Source: Acidobacteriota bacterium
Lineage (GTDB): Bacteria > Acidobacteriota > Blastocatellia > RBC074
DNA: 64,000 bases
Assembly: GCA_018269055.1 (NCBI GenBank)
Contig: JAFDVI010000013.1
Location: forward strand, 2,621 to 66,620
Direction of reading: 5' to 3'
In this document: positions 13,186 through 22,386 of the stretch, piece by piece
Layout: each line of letters opens with the position of its first letter
Numbering within the stretch: position 1 is the stretch's first letter
Notes under the pieces: model-generated
Database searches by the model: none
What the model was told of the DNA's origin: nothing
The model's input: only the letters and a program-made list of their open reading frames with translations
Program-made: the position numbers and the translations under genes

Positions 13186-14727
13186 ATGAAAACCAAACTC
13201 TTGTTGATTTTGTTGATTGCACTGCTGTCGCTGTTGTGTGCGCCATCGTTTGCCCAGACTTCGCCTGCAGCCATAGCGGCGAAGCAGTATCGCCAAACGC
13301 ACGAACACGAAATTATGACCGAGTACATGAATTTGCTTTCGATTCCGAACGTCGCTTCGGACAAGGCGAACATCGGTCGGAATGCGAATCTGATCGTGCA
13401 GATGCTGGAACGCAGAGGCGTGAAAACGCGCCTATTCGAAATGCCGGAAATTCCCGAAGCTCCGCCGGTCGTGTACGGCGAAATTCTGACGCCCGCCGCG
13501 ACGCGAACGCTGATTTTTTACGCGCATTACGACGGCCAGCCGGTTGAACCCACCAAATGGGTTGGCGGCGATCCGTTCAACCCGACGCTTCGTTCGGCGG
13601 CGATTGAAGCCGGCGGCAAAGACATTCCGTTTCCGGCCAAAGGGCAACCGTTCAACCCCGAATGGAGGCTCTATGCGCGTTCCACGGGCGATGACAAAGC
13701 GCCCGTGATTGCCATTTGCGCGGCGCTCGATGCGCTGAAAGAAAGCAAAATTGCGCTCAACGCCAACATCAAATTTTTCTTTGAGGGCGAAGAAGAAGCC
13801 GGTTCGCCGCATCTGGAAAAAATCGTGGAAAAGTACCGCGACTTGCTCGCAGCCGATGCCTGGCTGATTTGCGATGGCCCGGTGGATCAAACGCGGCGGC
13901 AACAAATTTACTTCGGCGCGCGCGGCGTCACGGGATTTGAAATTACGGTTTACGGTCCGCGCCGCGAATTGCACAGCGGGCATTACGGAAACTGGGCGCC
14001 AAATCCGGCGTTGATGTTGTCAAAATTGCTGGCTTCGATGAAAGATGACGATGGGCGGGTGCTGGTCAAAAACTTTTACGATGGCCTTGAACCGTTGAGC
14101 GAAACTGAAAAGCGCGCTTTTGCCGAAGCGCCCGACAACGACGCGCTGCTCAAACGCGAACTCGGCCTGGGGTGGAGCGAAGGAGGCGGCAAAAGACTCG
14201 GCGAACTGATCAACCTGCCGTCGCTGAACATTCGCGGATTCGTCAGTTCTTCGGTCGGAGCGACGGCGCGCAATGTGGTTCCTTCGACGGCGACGGCTTC
14301 GCTGGATATTCGTCTGGTCAAAGGCGTAGATCACGTTGCGGCGGTGGATCGCGTCATCGCTCACATTCGCGCGCAAGGGTATTTCGTCACGGGCGCTGAC
14401 CCCGACGACGCGACTCGGTTGAAGTACCCGAAAATCGCCAAAGTCATTCGGCAAGGCGGCTACAACGCCTCCAAAACTTCGATGGATTTGCCGATTTCCA
14501 AAGCCGTCATCGCCGCCGTCGAAAGCGCGCACGGCAAAGTCATCAAAATGCCAACATTGGGCGGCAGCGTCCCACTGTACATTTTTACCGATAATCTGAA
14601 AACGCCGTGCATCGGCATTCCCATCGCCAACCACGACAATAACCAGCACAGCGCCAACGAAAACATGCGGCTGCAAAATCTGTGGGACGGGATCGAAACG
14701 ATGGCAGTGCTGTTGATGATTCGATGA
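13186..14727 (+). CDS. Exported M20/M25/M40-family metallopeptidase
   Basis: Signal peptide; YAHYDGQP, ARSTGDDKAP, FEGEEEAGSP, HSGHYGN, NNQHSANEN. Confidence 0.92.
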   Translation: MKTKLLLILLIALLSLLCAPSFAQTSPAAIAAKQYRQTHEHEIMTEYMNLLSIPNVASDKANIGRNANLIVQMLERRGVKTRLFEMPEIPEAPPVVYGEILTPAATRTLIFYAHYDGQPVEPTKWVGGDPFNPTLRSAAIEAGGKDIPFPAKGQPFNPEWRLYARSTGDDKAPVIAICAALDALKESKIALNANIKFFFEGEEEAGSPHLEKIVEKYRDLLAADAWLICDGPVDQTRRQQIYFGARGVTGFEITVYGPRRELHSGHYGNWAPNPALMLSKLLASMKDDDGRVLVKNFYDGLEPLSETEKRAFAEAPDNDALLKRELGLGWSEGGGKRLGELINLPSLNIRGFVSSSVGATARNVVPSTATASLDIRLVKGVDHVAAVDRVIAHIRAQGYFVTGADPDDATRLKYPKIAKVIRQGGYNASKTSMDLPISKAVIAAVESAHGKVIKMPTLGGSVPLYIFTDNLKTPCIGIPIANHDNNQHSANENMRLQNLWDGIETMAVLLMIR

Positions 14728-15585
14728 GGTATGCATTGCCGTTCTGGTCGCATCCTCCAACTTCGATGAGAGTATCGGTGAGGAGCAGTCAAAAAGTTGA
14801 GGTGTTGATTTGGTCATCCCGCACTATACCGGAAACTTGTGTCTCGCGGTCTCACCAAGCCCGTAAACACGAACTGGGCGCTTTTACACGGTCATTGGGT
14901 AACTTCGCGCAGTTATCTCCCGCGAGCCAAATCGCATTAAACTGGAAGGGCAGAACCTACTGTTGAAACAGCCACATCACTTATTTCTCCATCCCTAATC
15001 TCCTCTAAAGCAATTCAGACAATTACCTTGCTTATACTACTTAGGCGACTTGCTCTCCTAATAATTGCCTTGCCACCAACGTTGAAGGGGGCGCGAGAGC
15101 ACGTCAGGACCGCAAGCTTTTCTTCTATACCACTCAGTCATAGCCACGGCATAAGACTTGCCATTTCGTAAACAATGTCCTCCAAAAATATTCGGTATGT
15201 TGTTTTCAAATATAAGGTGTTTATTGATCTCACACGAATAGATTGTGGCGTCATCAACGACCTCACTCAAGACTTAAAGGAAGCGAAACAAAAGGCTTAT
15301 GACTATGGCTAAAAGATTGGGTAGTTGCAGCCCCCGACGAGAAATCAGTCCTCTGGGGAAGACTTTTTAGCACCGCAAATCAAGAATATAGTGCGGTCAT
15401 ATTGCTTATGCACTTCTGGTTTTGGGCATCCCAAAAGAACCCGCGACCGTTGCCGGTTACACAATCTATCAACCTATCAACTCAAACACGCTACTGGGTG
15501 ATTACTTGATTTAACAATTCAAGAATCTACCCCTCACAAATGATTTCCGCGCAAGTTCTCAACTTGCCTTACAAGGAAGGTGCAT

Positions 15586-18500
15586 ATGAAAAGAACTTCT
15601 TGGCAAAAAGTAGCTCTGTTGGGCGCGGCGTTTATCTTTACATTCATGGGATTGGTTTACGTGGTTGCCGTCCGTGCGGATTTAATCTCACCCCTCACTG
15701 TTGATGTAACTTACCCGCCGACGATCGTCGGTCCCAGCCGGATCGGAGGTTCTGCCGTGCAGCAGGTCTTTCGATTAGGCAGCTCGACGCCCACCGGTCT
15801 CTTCGCAGGGTTAAATCCAAAAACGGGAACCTGTCCGGGCAGCGGCACGCTGCAATTTCTTTCAGGCAACACAGGCAGTGTCGGGACGAACAATTTCGTT
15901 TACGCCATGGTGGTGACCAACAGCATGCAGTCAACTCTTAATCTGGACGTGCTGCTTTCCGGCCTGTGCGATCTTCACACCCCGATAACGAGCGTGGGCT
16001 ACTGCGACCAGCCGCCGATCGAGCATCCGACCGCCTCGCTCGAATTGGCAACGGGCCTCGATTACTTCTACGGCATTGGGCATTCCCTCCCACCGGGTCA
16101 GCAAGGGACTGTTGTCTTCTACACTACGCCCGACCCGCCCGCGCGACAGCCCACTTCCATTGGTAGTTCGGGGATTGTCTCGCAGGGCCAGCAACCCGAT
16201 ATGCCTACCAACCTGGCGCCGATTTACGGCGCTTGCCGGACGAATATTACGATTGACAAGGAGATTGCTTGCGTAGCCAACGGGCCTTTCACGAATGGGC
16301 CGCAAGCGGCGATCAACGGCGCGCCTATCTTCTATCGCATTACGGTCAGAAATGATGGTACGACGCCGCTCGATAACGTGGTCATCAGCGACCCGAAATT
16401 GAAGGCCGGAGGCAATCTGACGGGCGACTTTACGTTCCCAATGACGTCAGGCCATTTGGATGGAGGGCAGATGGTGCAGCACGTGTTCGGCCCCTTCGTC
16501 GCCACCACGGGAACGCCAGTGGTTGGCACTTCGGTCAACGGGGTCAATACTGCCACCGCCACCGCCGATTACCTGATTCCTGATCAAACCGGCGCGCCTT
16601 CGGGGCAAACCTTCAACGTCAACGTTAACGACAGTGTGACGCTCAATGTCATCGCGCCACCTTCAATTTCGTGCCAGACGACAGTTTCACCGACATCATT
16701 CGCGTCATTGCCGGCGACCTTGACTTACACGCTCAAAGCGACCAACACCGGCCCGACGGATTTGTCGCTGGTCATCAGTGATACCAAGCTGAAGCCGATC
16801 ATAGATGCGCCGCCCGCAGGCATCACCATCAATTCGGTGGCGATCCACGGGGGAGCGGGCTTCGCCGCGGGTACGCTCACTGGCGGCAACAAACTGCCCG
16901 CCAACTTTGCCGTCGTTGACAAGACTGGCGGCACGAACACGATGGCGCAGGTGGACGTCTCGTTGACAGTCACAACACTCGTTGGATTCCAGGCGCTGGC
17001 CGACGGTCCGACACCACCCAACTCCGCAAAATCCACCAATCAGATTACGGTGACTGGCGCGGTGACCAATTTCACGGGCTGTCCAGGGCCGAACGTCAAC
17101 GTCTCGTGCCTGAACACGGCGATGGTCAACTTTGCGCCCTCCTGCTCGCTGACATTGACGAAGCTTGTGGCTTGCGGTCCGAATCCGGTGGACAGCGATT
17201 TCGGTGCGACCATCAATGCATTCAAAGGCTCTGCGCTCGTCTACCGCTACGTCGTCAGCAATACGGGAGCCGATAGTGTCAATAACGTGGTAATTACCGA
17301 TAACATCGTCAGCAGCCCGCTGTTCAATGTCGGCACGCTGGCGCCGGGCGAGACGCGGACGATCAACGTCGCGGCAACCGCCCCTGCGGTCCCCGGCCCG
17401 CTGACTAACACCGCCTCCGCCACTGGGGTATGCGCCACAACGGGTTCGCCAAGTTCCACCACCAACGTCAATGCCACCGTTACGGTGCTTGACCCGCAAA
17501 TCAACTGCGACAAGACCGTCAACGGCGTCAAACACCTGGCCGGTTATACGCCGGGCGGAACACTGACGTACACGCTCACGGCCGGCAACGCCGCAGCGAG
17601 CGGCCTGAATGTCAATCTGGTCGTTGACGATCCGACAGTTCGGAATCTGCCAGGCGTCAGTTGCCGCCTGTCTGACAATACTCCGGTGACATTGCCGCAG
17701 ACCTTCAGCAACGTTCCCCCCGGGCAGACGCGCTCGATTTCCTGTACGGTGAGTTTCGCCACCGAAGCGGCTTTTAAGGCCGCCGCTGGCGGCGGCACGA
17801 CGCTCACCAACACGATGCAGGTGAACGGCGCGGTTACTGCGGGACAGGCGGTCTGCGCGGGTGGCATTGTGCTGCCACTGTTGACGTGCCAATCGCAGGC
17901 GAGCGTTTCGCTGGCGACGCCCCCGCCCAATTTCTGCATCATCACCCCCCCGTGTGTTGAACCGAACTGTCCGCCGGTTGGGCCAGGGACTCCATTCCCT
18001 GCCACTTCCGAAGCCAGCGATCAGAAAGCGGGGTCGTTGTTGGTTTATAACCTCTACAGTTCCGACGTCACAGATCCGCGCCGCGAAAACACTGCGATCA
18101 ACATTACCAACACGGGGTCGAACTCGATCTTCGTGCATATGTTCTTTGTGGACGGTGTTTCCTGCTCGATCGCCGACAACTTCCTTTGCCTATCGACCAA
18201 TCAGACGGCGCGCTTCCTGGCTTCGGATATTGATCCGGGGACGGTGGGATACATCATTGCCTTGGCGGTTGATGAGCAAGGCTGTCCGATGAGCTGGAAC
18301 TATCTAATCGGAGACGCCTACGTCAAACTCGCATCGGGTCATCATGCCAACCTTGCCGCTGAGGCTTTTACCGCGCTGTATCGAGGATCACTGCCGACCT
18401 GTGGGAACAGCAACATAGCAACGCTGAACCTTGACGGCATCGAATATAACCGTGCACCGCGCACCTTGGCGCTTGACAGCCTGGGCAGTCTCAACGACGG

Positions 18501-18876
18501 CAATTCTCCGTTACTGGTGCTTAATAGCATCGGAGGGGATTTGGGGATTGGCGCGTCGGGACTGGGCACAATCTTCGGCATTGCTTATAACGACGTTGAA
18601 AATAGCGTCAGCTTCAGCTTGACCGGTGGCTGTCAATTCAGGCTGGCGATCTCCAACTCCTTCCCTCGGACGATACCACGCATGAACGTCTTCATTGGGA
18701 GCGGGCGCACAGGTTGGATGAAGTTTCAGGGCGATAGCAACTACGGCATACTCGGCGCCGCCATCAACTTCAATTCCAATGTGTTCGGTTTCAATCAGGG
18801 ACATAACCTGCACAAAATTACGCTGAATCCTTCAGTCAGTATTACTGTGCCGGTAATTGTGCCGAGCGGGGGCTAA
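15586..18876 (+). CDS. Large secreted modular protein: repeated DUF11/DUF7507-like beta-sandwich domains plus an unnamed C-terminal domain
   Basis: Signal peptide; repeats such as IFYRITVRNDGTTPLDNVVISD, LTYTLKATNTG, LVYRYVVSNTG..TLAPGETRT, LTYTLTAGN; C-terminal SDQKAGSLLVYNLYSS...INITNT domain; AAGGAAGG RBS before ATG 15586. Confidence 0.85.
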   Translation: MKRTSWQKVALLGAAFIFTFMGLVYVVAVRADLISPLTVDVTYPPTIVGPSRIGGSAVQQVFRLGSSTPTGLFAGLNPKTGTCPGSGTLQFLSGNTGSVGTNNFVYAMVVTNSMQSTLNLDVLLSGLCDLHTPITSVGYCDQPPIEHPTASLELATGLDYFYGIGHSLPPGQQGTVVFYTTPDPPARQPTSIGSSGIVSQGQQPDMPTNLAPIYGACRTNITIDKEIACVANGPFTNGPQAAINGAPIFYRITVRNDGTTPLDNVVISDPKLKAGGNLTGDFTFPMTSGHLDGGQMVQHVFGPFVATTGTPVVGTSVNGVNTATATADYLIPDQTGAPSGQTFNVNVNDSVTLNVIAPPSISCQTTVSPTSFASLPATLTYTLKATNTGPTDLSLVISDTKLKPIIDAPPAGITINSVAIHGGAGFAAGTLTGGNKLPANFAVVDKTGGTNTMAQVDVSLTVTTLVGFQALADGPTPPNSAKSTNQITVTGAVTNFTGCPGPNVNVSCLNTAMVNFAPSCSLTLTKLVACGPNPVDSDFGATINAFKGSALVYRYVVSNTGADSVNNVVITDNIVSSPLFNVGTLAPGETRTINVAATAPAVPGPLTNTASATGVCATTGSPSSTTNVNATVTVLDPQINCDKTVNGVKHLAGYTPGGTLTYTLTAGNAAASGLNVNLVVDDPTVRNLPGVSCRLSDNTPVTLPQTFSNVPPGQTRSISCTVSFATEAAFKAAAGGGTTLTNTMQVNGAVTAGQAVCAGGIVLPLLTCQSQASVSLATPPPNFCIITPPCVEPNCPPVGPGTPFPATSEASDQKAGSLLVYNLYSSDVTDPRRENTAINITNTGSNSIFVHMFFVDGVSCSIADNFLCLSTNQTARFLASDIDPGTVGYIIALAVDEQGCPMSWNYLIGDAYVKLASGHHANLAAEAFTALYRGSLPTCGNSNIATLNLDGIEYNRAPRTLALDSLGSLNDGNSPLLVLNSIGGDLGIGASGLGTIFGIAYNDVENSVSFSLTGGCQFRLAISNSFPRTIPRMNVFIGSGRTGWMKFQGDSNYGILGAAINFNSNVFGFNQGHNLHKITLNPSVSITVPVIVPSGG

Positions 18877-18950
18877 AGTGGGAAGACAGAATTGGCAACA
18901 GCCGTAGTTATTGAAGGTAGGGGATTCCCGGATGCGGAGTAAAACCGGCA

Positions 18951-18995
18951 GAATGCGACGGAGCACAATGAAGAATTGCGCTCCGTCGCATTTTC
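18951..18995 (+). terminator. Intrinsic terminator after the large secreted protein gene
   Basis: AATGCGACGGAGC...GCTCCGTCGCATT followed by TTC. Confidence 0.65.
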
Positions 18996-19063
18996 AAGGT
19001 TCTATTGAGCGCCAAGCAAGTGAGCACTTCAGAGCTTCCCAAACAAACCGCAACCATCACCGG

Positions 19064-19210
19064 CTCTTTTATCGTCGCTTCGACCTCAAAGACATCTTTC
19101 GGGATGCCATAGTCATAACTTCAACGCCATTTTTGGTGACGACCATATCCTTTTTGAGTCGCACACCTGATGTTGAAGAACACTTCCCGCACGCTCTCTG
19201 CTCCGGTGAC
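19064..19210 (-). pseudogene. Frameshifted 3' remnant of a Xaa-Pro aminopeptidase (pepP-like) gene
   Basis: With two frameshifts reads VTGAESVREVFFNI/GVRLKKDMVVTKNGVEVMT/GIPKDVFEVEATIKE, which aligns with the C-terminus of the PepP at 25267-26562 ([47 protein letters not shown]). Confidence 0.8.
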
Positions 19211-19250
19211 AAATTTGCCGCCGAATGCAGTTCTGGTTGGGTGATCGGTT

Positions 19251-19403
19251 TTAAGCTGCTGCTTCGGCGTATTTCGACGGATTTTCTTCAGCCGTCTTTG
19301 CGCAATCGTCACAGCACACGGTGATTTCCTTGCCGCCGACTTTGACCTTGATTCCGCCTTCATTGATATCCCAATCGCAGACCGGGCATTTGCTCGTATT
19401 CAT
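19251..19403 (-). CDS. 50-aa TRASH/YHS-like Cys-rich metal-binding protein (missed by ORF track)
   Basis: MNTSKCPVCDWDINEGGIKVKVGGKEITVCCDDCAKTAEENPSKYAEAAA; CxxC...CCxxC...NPxKY; GAAAGGA RBS. Confidence 0.8.
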   Translation of the reverse strand: MNTSKCPVCDWDINEGGIKVKVGGKEITVCCDDCAKTAEENPSKYAEAAA

Positions 19404-19499
19404 AAGATTTCCTTTCAGTTATGGGTTTACGTCTTGCCGCAACCAGCCATGGGTTACGACTCTTGTTCGACGGAAAGGATCGTATCAAGGCAGGGAAAT

Positions 19500-20420
19500 T
19501 CAGACTTCCAGATTCTTGCTCATTTCGCGCAAGCTGCTCTGGCTGGCGTTCAGGCGGACTTCAGACGGCGTCAGGCCGAATTCTTTGCGGAAGGTGTCGG
19601 TGAAATGGCTGTGGCTGGAAAAACCGAGTTCCAGTGCCAGGGCCGTCAAATCGTCGGCGCCTTCGGCCAACCGTTCCAACGAGGCGCGCAGCCGCAATTG
19701 CGTCAAATACCGATGCACTGGAACGCCAGTATGTTTTTGAAAAATGCGCGCCAGATGAAATGGCGAGGTGAATACTGCGCGGGCGACTTCATCCAATGTG
19801 ACAGTTTCGGAAATTTGGCTGGCCAAATAGGTTTTGGCGGCTTCGGCGCGGTCGGCGTGATCGGATTCGGTTCCATTTCGGTGAGATTTTCGGGGCAAAT
19901 CGTACCGCACGTAAGCAGCTTCCAGAACATCAGCCATCATTTGCAACGCCGTCACGTCCGCCCAAAGCGGTTCCAATGGTTCAACCTCAGCCGCTTCGAG
20001 TTTTTTCACCAACTCACGATGCCGCCAGAATAACGCGGAATCACAAGGCCCAATGACGAACGGAAACGGGCGTTCCGGATGTTTATCCACTGATGGATCG
20101 AGTTCCCGAACAATGTCATTCAAGATACGCGGCGAAGCGGCGAAAATCGTGCCGCGATCTCCGCGATCCGTCGGATGGCTGATGCGATAGGTGGATTCTT
20201 TGGAAAAGAAAATTGCCTGATTGACGTCGGTGGTCAGGCTGCGTTTGCCGAAATGCTGGGTAAAAGCCCCGTGTCGCATCAACACGATTTGGTTGCCGTC
20301 TGCCTGTTCGTCATCGCCAGGGCCGCCGCAACCGATGTGGCAACAGTAATCGCGCACGCTGACCAGCGGGCTTTCGTAAAGCGTGTGAAACGTGAGCAGG
20401 TTTTCCGGCGGATGTGGCAT
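19500..20420 (-). CDS. AraC-family transcriptional regulator
   Basis: C-terminal double HTH: TLDEVARAVFTSPFHLARIFQKHTG ... LALELGFSSHSHFTDTFRKEFGLTP. Confidence 0.95.
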   Translation of the reverse strand: MPHPPENLLTFHTLYESPLVSVRDYCCHIGCGGPGDDEQADGNQIVLMRHGAFTQHFGKRSLTTDVNQAIFFSKESTYRISHPTDRGDRGTIFAASPRILNDIVRELDPSVDKHPERPFPFVIGPCDSALFWRHRELVKKLEAAEVEPLEPLWADVTALQMMADVLEAAYVRYDLPRKSHRNGTESDHADRAEAAKTYLASQISETVTLDEVARAVFTSPFHLARIFQKHTGVPVHRYLTQLRLRASLERLAEGADDLTALALELGFSSHSHFTDTFRKEFGLTPSEVRLNASQSSLREMSKNLEV

Positions 20421-20474
20421 GCGCGCATCCTACGAAATCGGCGAAATTGAGGCAATGCAGTATTTCCGGGAATT

Positions 20475-21182
20475 TCAACTCAAGGCAGTCAGGTCGGACT
20501 GTGTAATTTGCCCATTCGCCATTGTGATCAGGTGCGTGCCGATGGCTCTGGCTTCGTGCGTGTTGTGCGTGACATATAAAAACGGAATGCCGGTTTGTTT
20601 CTGCAACGAACCGATTTCCGCCAGGATTCGCTCGCGGGTTTGCGCGTCCACTGCCGACAGCGGTTCATCCATCAAAAACACTTCCGGTTCGCTGGCAAGC
20701 GCGCGCGCAATGGCCACGCGTTGCGCTTCGCCGCCCGAAAGTTCGTGCGGATATTGCTGCGCGGCGTATTCGATTCCAAGTTGGGTCAGCAACGCGCGTA
20801 TTCGCGCATGTTTGTCAGTATGTTTTGACGCACGGAGTCCGTACGCGACGTTCTGTTCGGCGGTGAGGTGCGGAAAGAGCAGGTAATCCTGGAACACGTA
20901 TCCGACGCGGCGTTGTTGCATCGGCAAGTTGACGCCAGCGACAGAATCAAAAAAGACGCGCTCACCCAGACGGATGCAGCCTTCGTCGGGAGTGACGATG
21001 CCGGCAATGGCGCGCAAACAAGTGGTTTTGCCTGCGCCGGAGGGACCAAACAAAATCGTTACGCCGTCGGGAACGACGAATTCGACATCCAGCAGAAAGC
21101 TCCGTTCGGTTTGGCCGTTCGCGCCCTTATCACTTTTTTTCTCGCCAGCGCCCAGCCGCGTTTTGATCGAAACGTGCAGCAT
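20475..21182 (-). CDS. modC: Molybdate ABC transporter ATP-binding subunit
   Basis: GPSGAGKT Walker A, VGYVFQDYLLFPHL, LSGGEAQRVAIARAL, LMDEP, YVTH; operon context. Confidence 0.9.
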   Translation of the reverse strand: MLHVSIKTRLGAGEKKSDKGANGQTERSFLLDVEFVVPDGVTILFGPSGAGKTTCLRAIAGIVTPDEGCIRLGERVFFDSVAGVNLPMQQRRVGYVFQDYLLFPHLTAEQNVAYGLRASKHTDKHARIRALLTQLGIEYAAQQYPHELSGGEAQRVAIARALASEPEVFLMDEPLSAVDAQTRERILAEIGSLQKQTGIPFLYVTHNTHEARAIGTHLITMANGQITQSDLTALS

Positions 21183-21187
21183 GTTTT

Positions 21188-21883
21188 CTACAACCCCGCT
21201 CCGCGACTGCCCACCAGTTTGTTGGTCAAATAAATCGCCGTCAGCGACACCGCGGTTAAGATCAGCGCCAGAACCTGTGCTTGATGATTTTCCCCGGCTG
21301 CGACGGCTTCATAAATGGCCAGCGGCATCGTCTGAGTTTTGCCAGGAATGTTTCCGGCCAGCATCAGCGTCGCGCCGAATTCGCCCAGCGCCCGCGCGAA
21401 ACTCAGCACGATTCCCGCCAGCAGTCCGCGCCGTGCCAGCGGCAGCGTGATGCGAAAAAACGTTTCCGCCTTTCCTTTGCCCAGGGTGTAAGACGCCAGT
21501 TCATATTGCGGATTGACGCTTTCAATGGCGGCGCGCGCCGATTTGATCATCAAGGGAAGCGCGACCACTGCGGCGGCAATGACGGCAGCCCATCGCGTGA
21601 AGACGATGGACCAACCTGTCAATTCGTAAAGATAACCGCCGATCACGCCGCGTCGCCCCAGCAAGACAATCAGGTAATACCCCGTCACAGTCGGCGGCAA
21701 AACCAGCGGCAAGGTGATGATCGCGTCGAGCAGTTCGCGTCCCCAAAACCTGCCTTTGGCCAACACGTACGCGCAAGCCGTGCCCACAACGGCAGCCAAA
21801 ACCGTTGCCAGAATTGCCACGAACAGCGACAGTTTCAAGGCCGACCAAACCATTGCATCACCAAGCGCGCTCGCATTCATCAT
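21188..21883 (-). CDS. modB: Molybdate ABC transporter permease
   Basis: LPLVLPPTVTGYYL, FARALGEFGATLMLAGNIPGKTQTMPLAIY; ATGA overlap with the upstream MOSC gene. Confidence 0.95.
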   Translation of the reverse strand: MMNASALGDAMVWSALKLSLFVAILATVLAAVVGTACAYVLAKGRFWGRELLDAIITLPLVLPPTVTGYYLIVLLGRRGVIGGYLYELTGWSIVFTRWAAVIAAAVVALPLMIKSARAAIESVNPQYELASYTLGKGKAETFFRITLPLARRGLLAGIVLSFARALGEFGATLMLAGNIPGKTQTMPLAIYEAVAAGENHQAQVLALILTAVSLTAIYLTNKLVGSRGAGL

Positions 21884-22386
21884 TCGCCACTTTGCCCTTG
21901 TTCGACAGGCAGATTCAATAATTCCACTTCCACGCCGGGACGCACCGCGCCGCCTTTCAAAATTCGCCCCATTAACCCGCACTGCTGATACAACCGTTTG
22001 GGCAATCGGTGATCGAGTTTGGTCAAACTGCCGCACGGTTTGCGCGTTTCGCACAATTCGATGACGGCTTCGCCGATGCGCAATTGAGCGCCGGGTTCCA
22101 GCGCGCGCAGGTTGATGCCTTCTGTAATCAGGTTTGCACTCAGGCTTTCGGGCGCAACGTGAATGTTTTCGGCGGCCAGTTCGCGCAGAACTTCAATTTC
22201 AAACAAACTGATTTGGCGATGCGGATTTTGACCGGCATGCGCGTCACCCTGAATGCCGTAATCGGCAATGAGTTCGGCGCTGTCAACGGCAACTTTGCCT
22301 TCGCCGCGGTTGGGACTGACATAAACGCCAAAAATGGTTTTGGATGTTGCTTGCATTGGTTCGTAACACTCCACTTGCCGGTTCAA
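21880..22386 (-). CDS. MOSC-domain protein (YiiM-like)
   Basis: GIQGDAHAG..HRQISL, ANLITEG, LRIGEAVIEL...PCGSL, GLMGRILKGGAVRPG; start either TTG 22386 or ATG 22356. Confidence 0.88.
   Translation of the reverse strand: MNRQVECYEPMQATSKTIFGVYVSPNRGEGKVAVDSAELIADYGIQGDAHAGQNPHRQISLFEIEVLRELAAENIHVAPESLSANLITEGINLRALEPGAQLRIGEAVIELCETRKPCGSLTKLDHRLPKRLYQQCGLMGRILKGGAVRPGVEVELLNLPVEQGQSGE

Noticed and set aside
19121-19363. 80-aa ORF and neighbouring 137-199-aa ORFs at 18911-20033
   Set aside because: Explained by the real 50-aa Cys gene, the pepP remnant and the antisense strand of araC.
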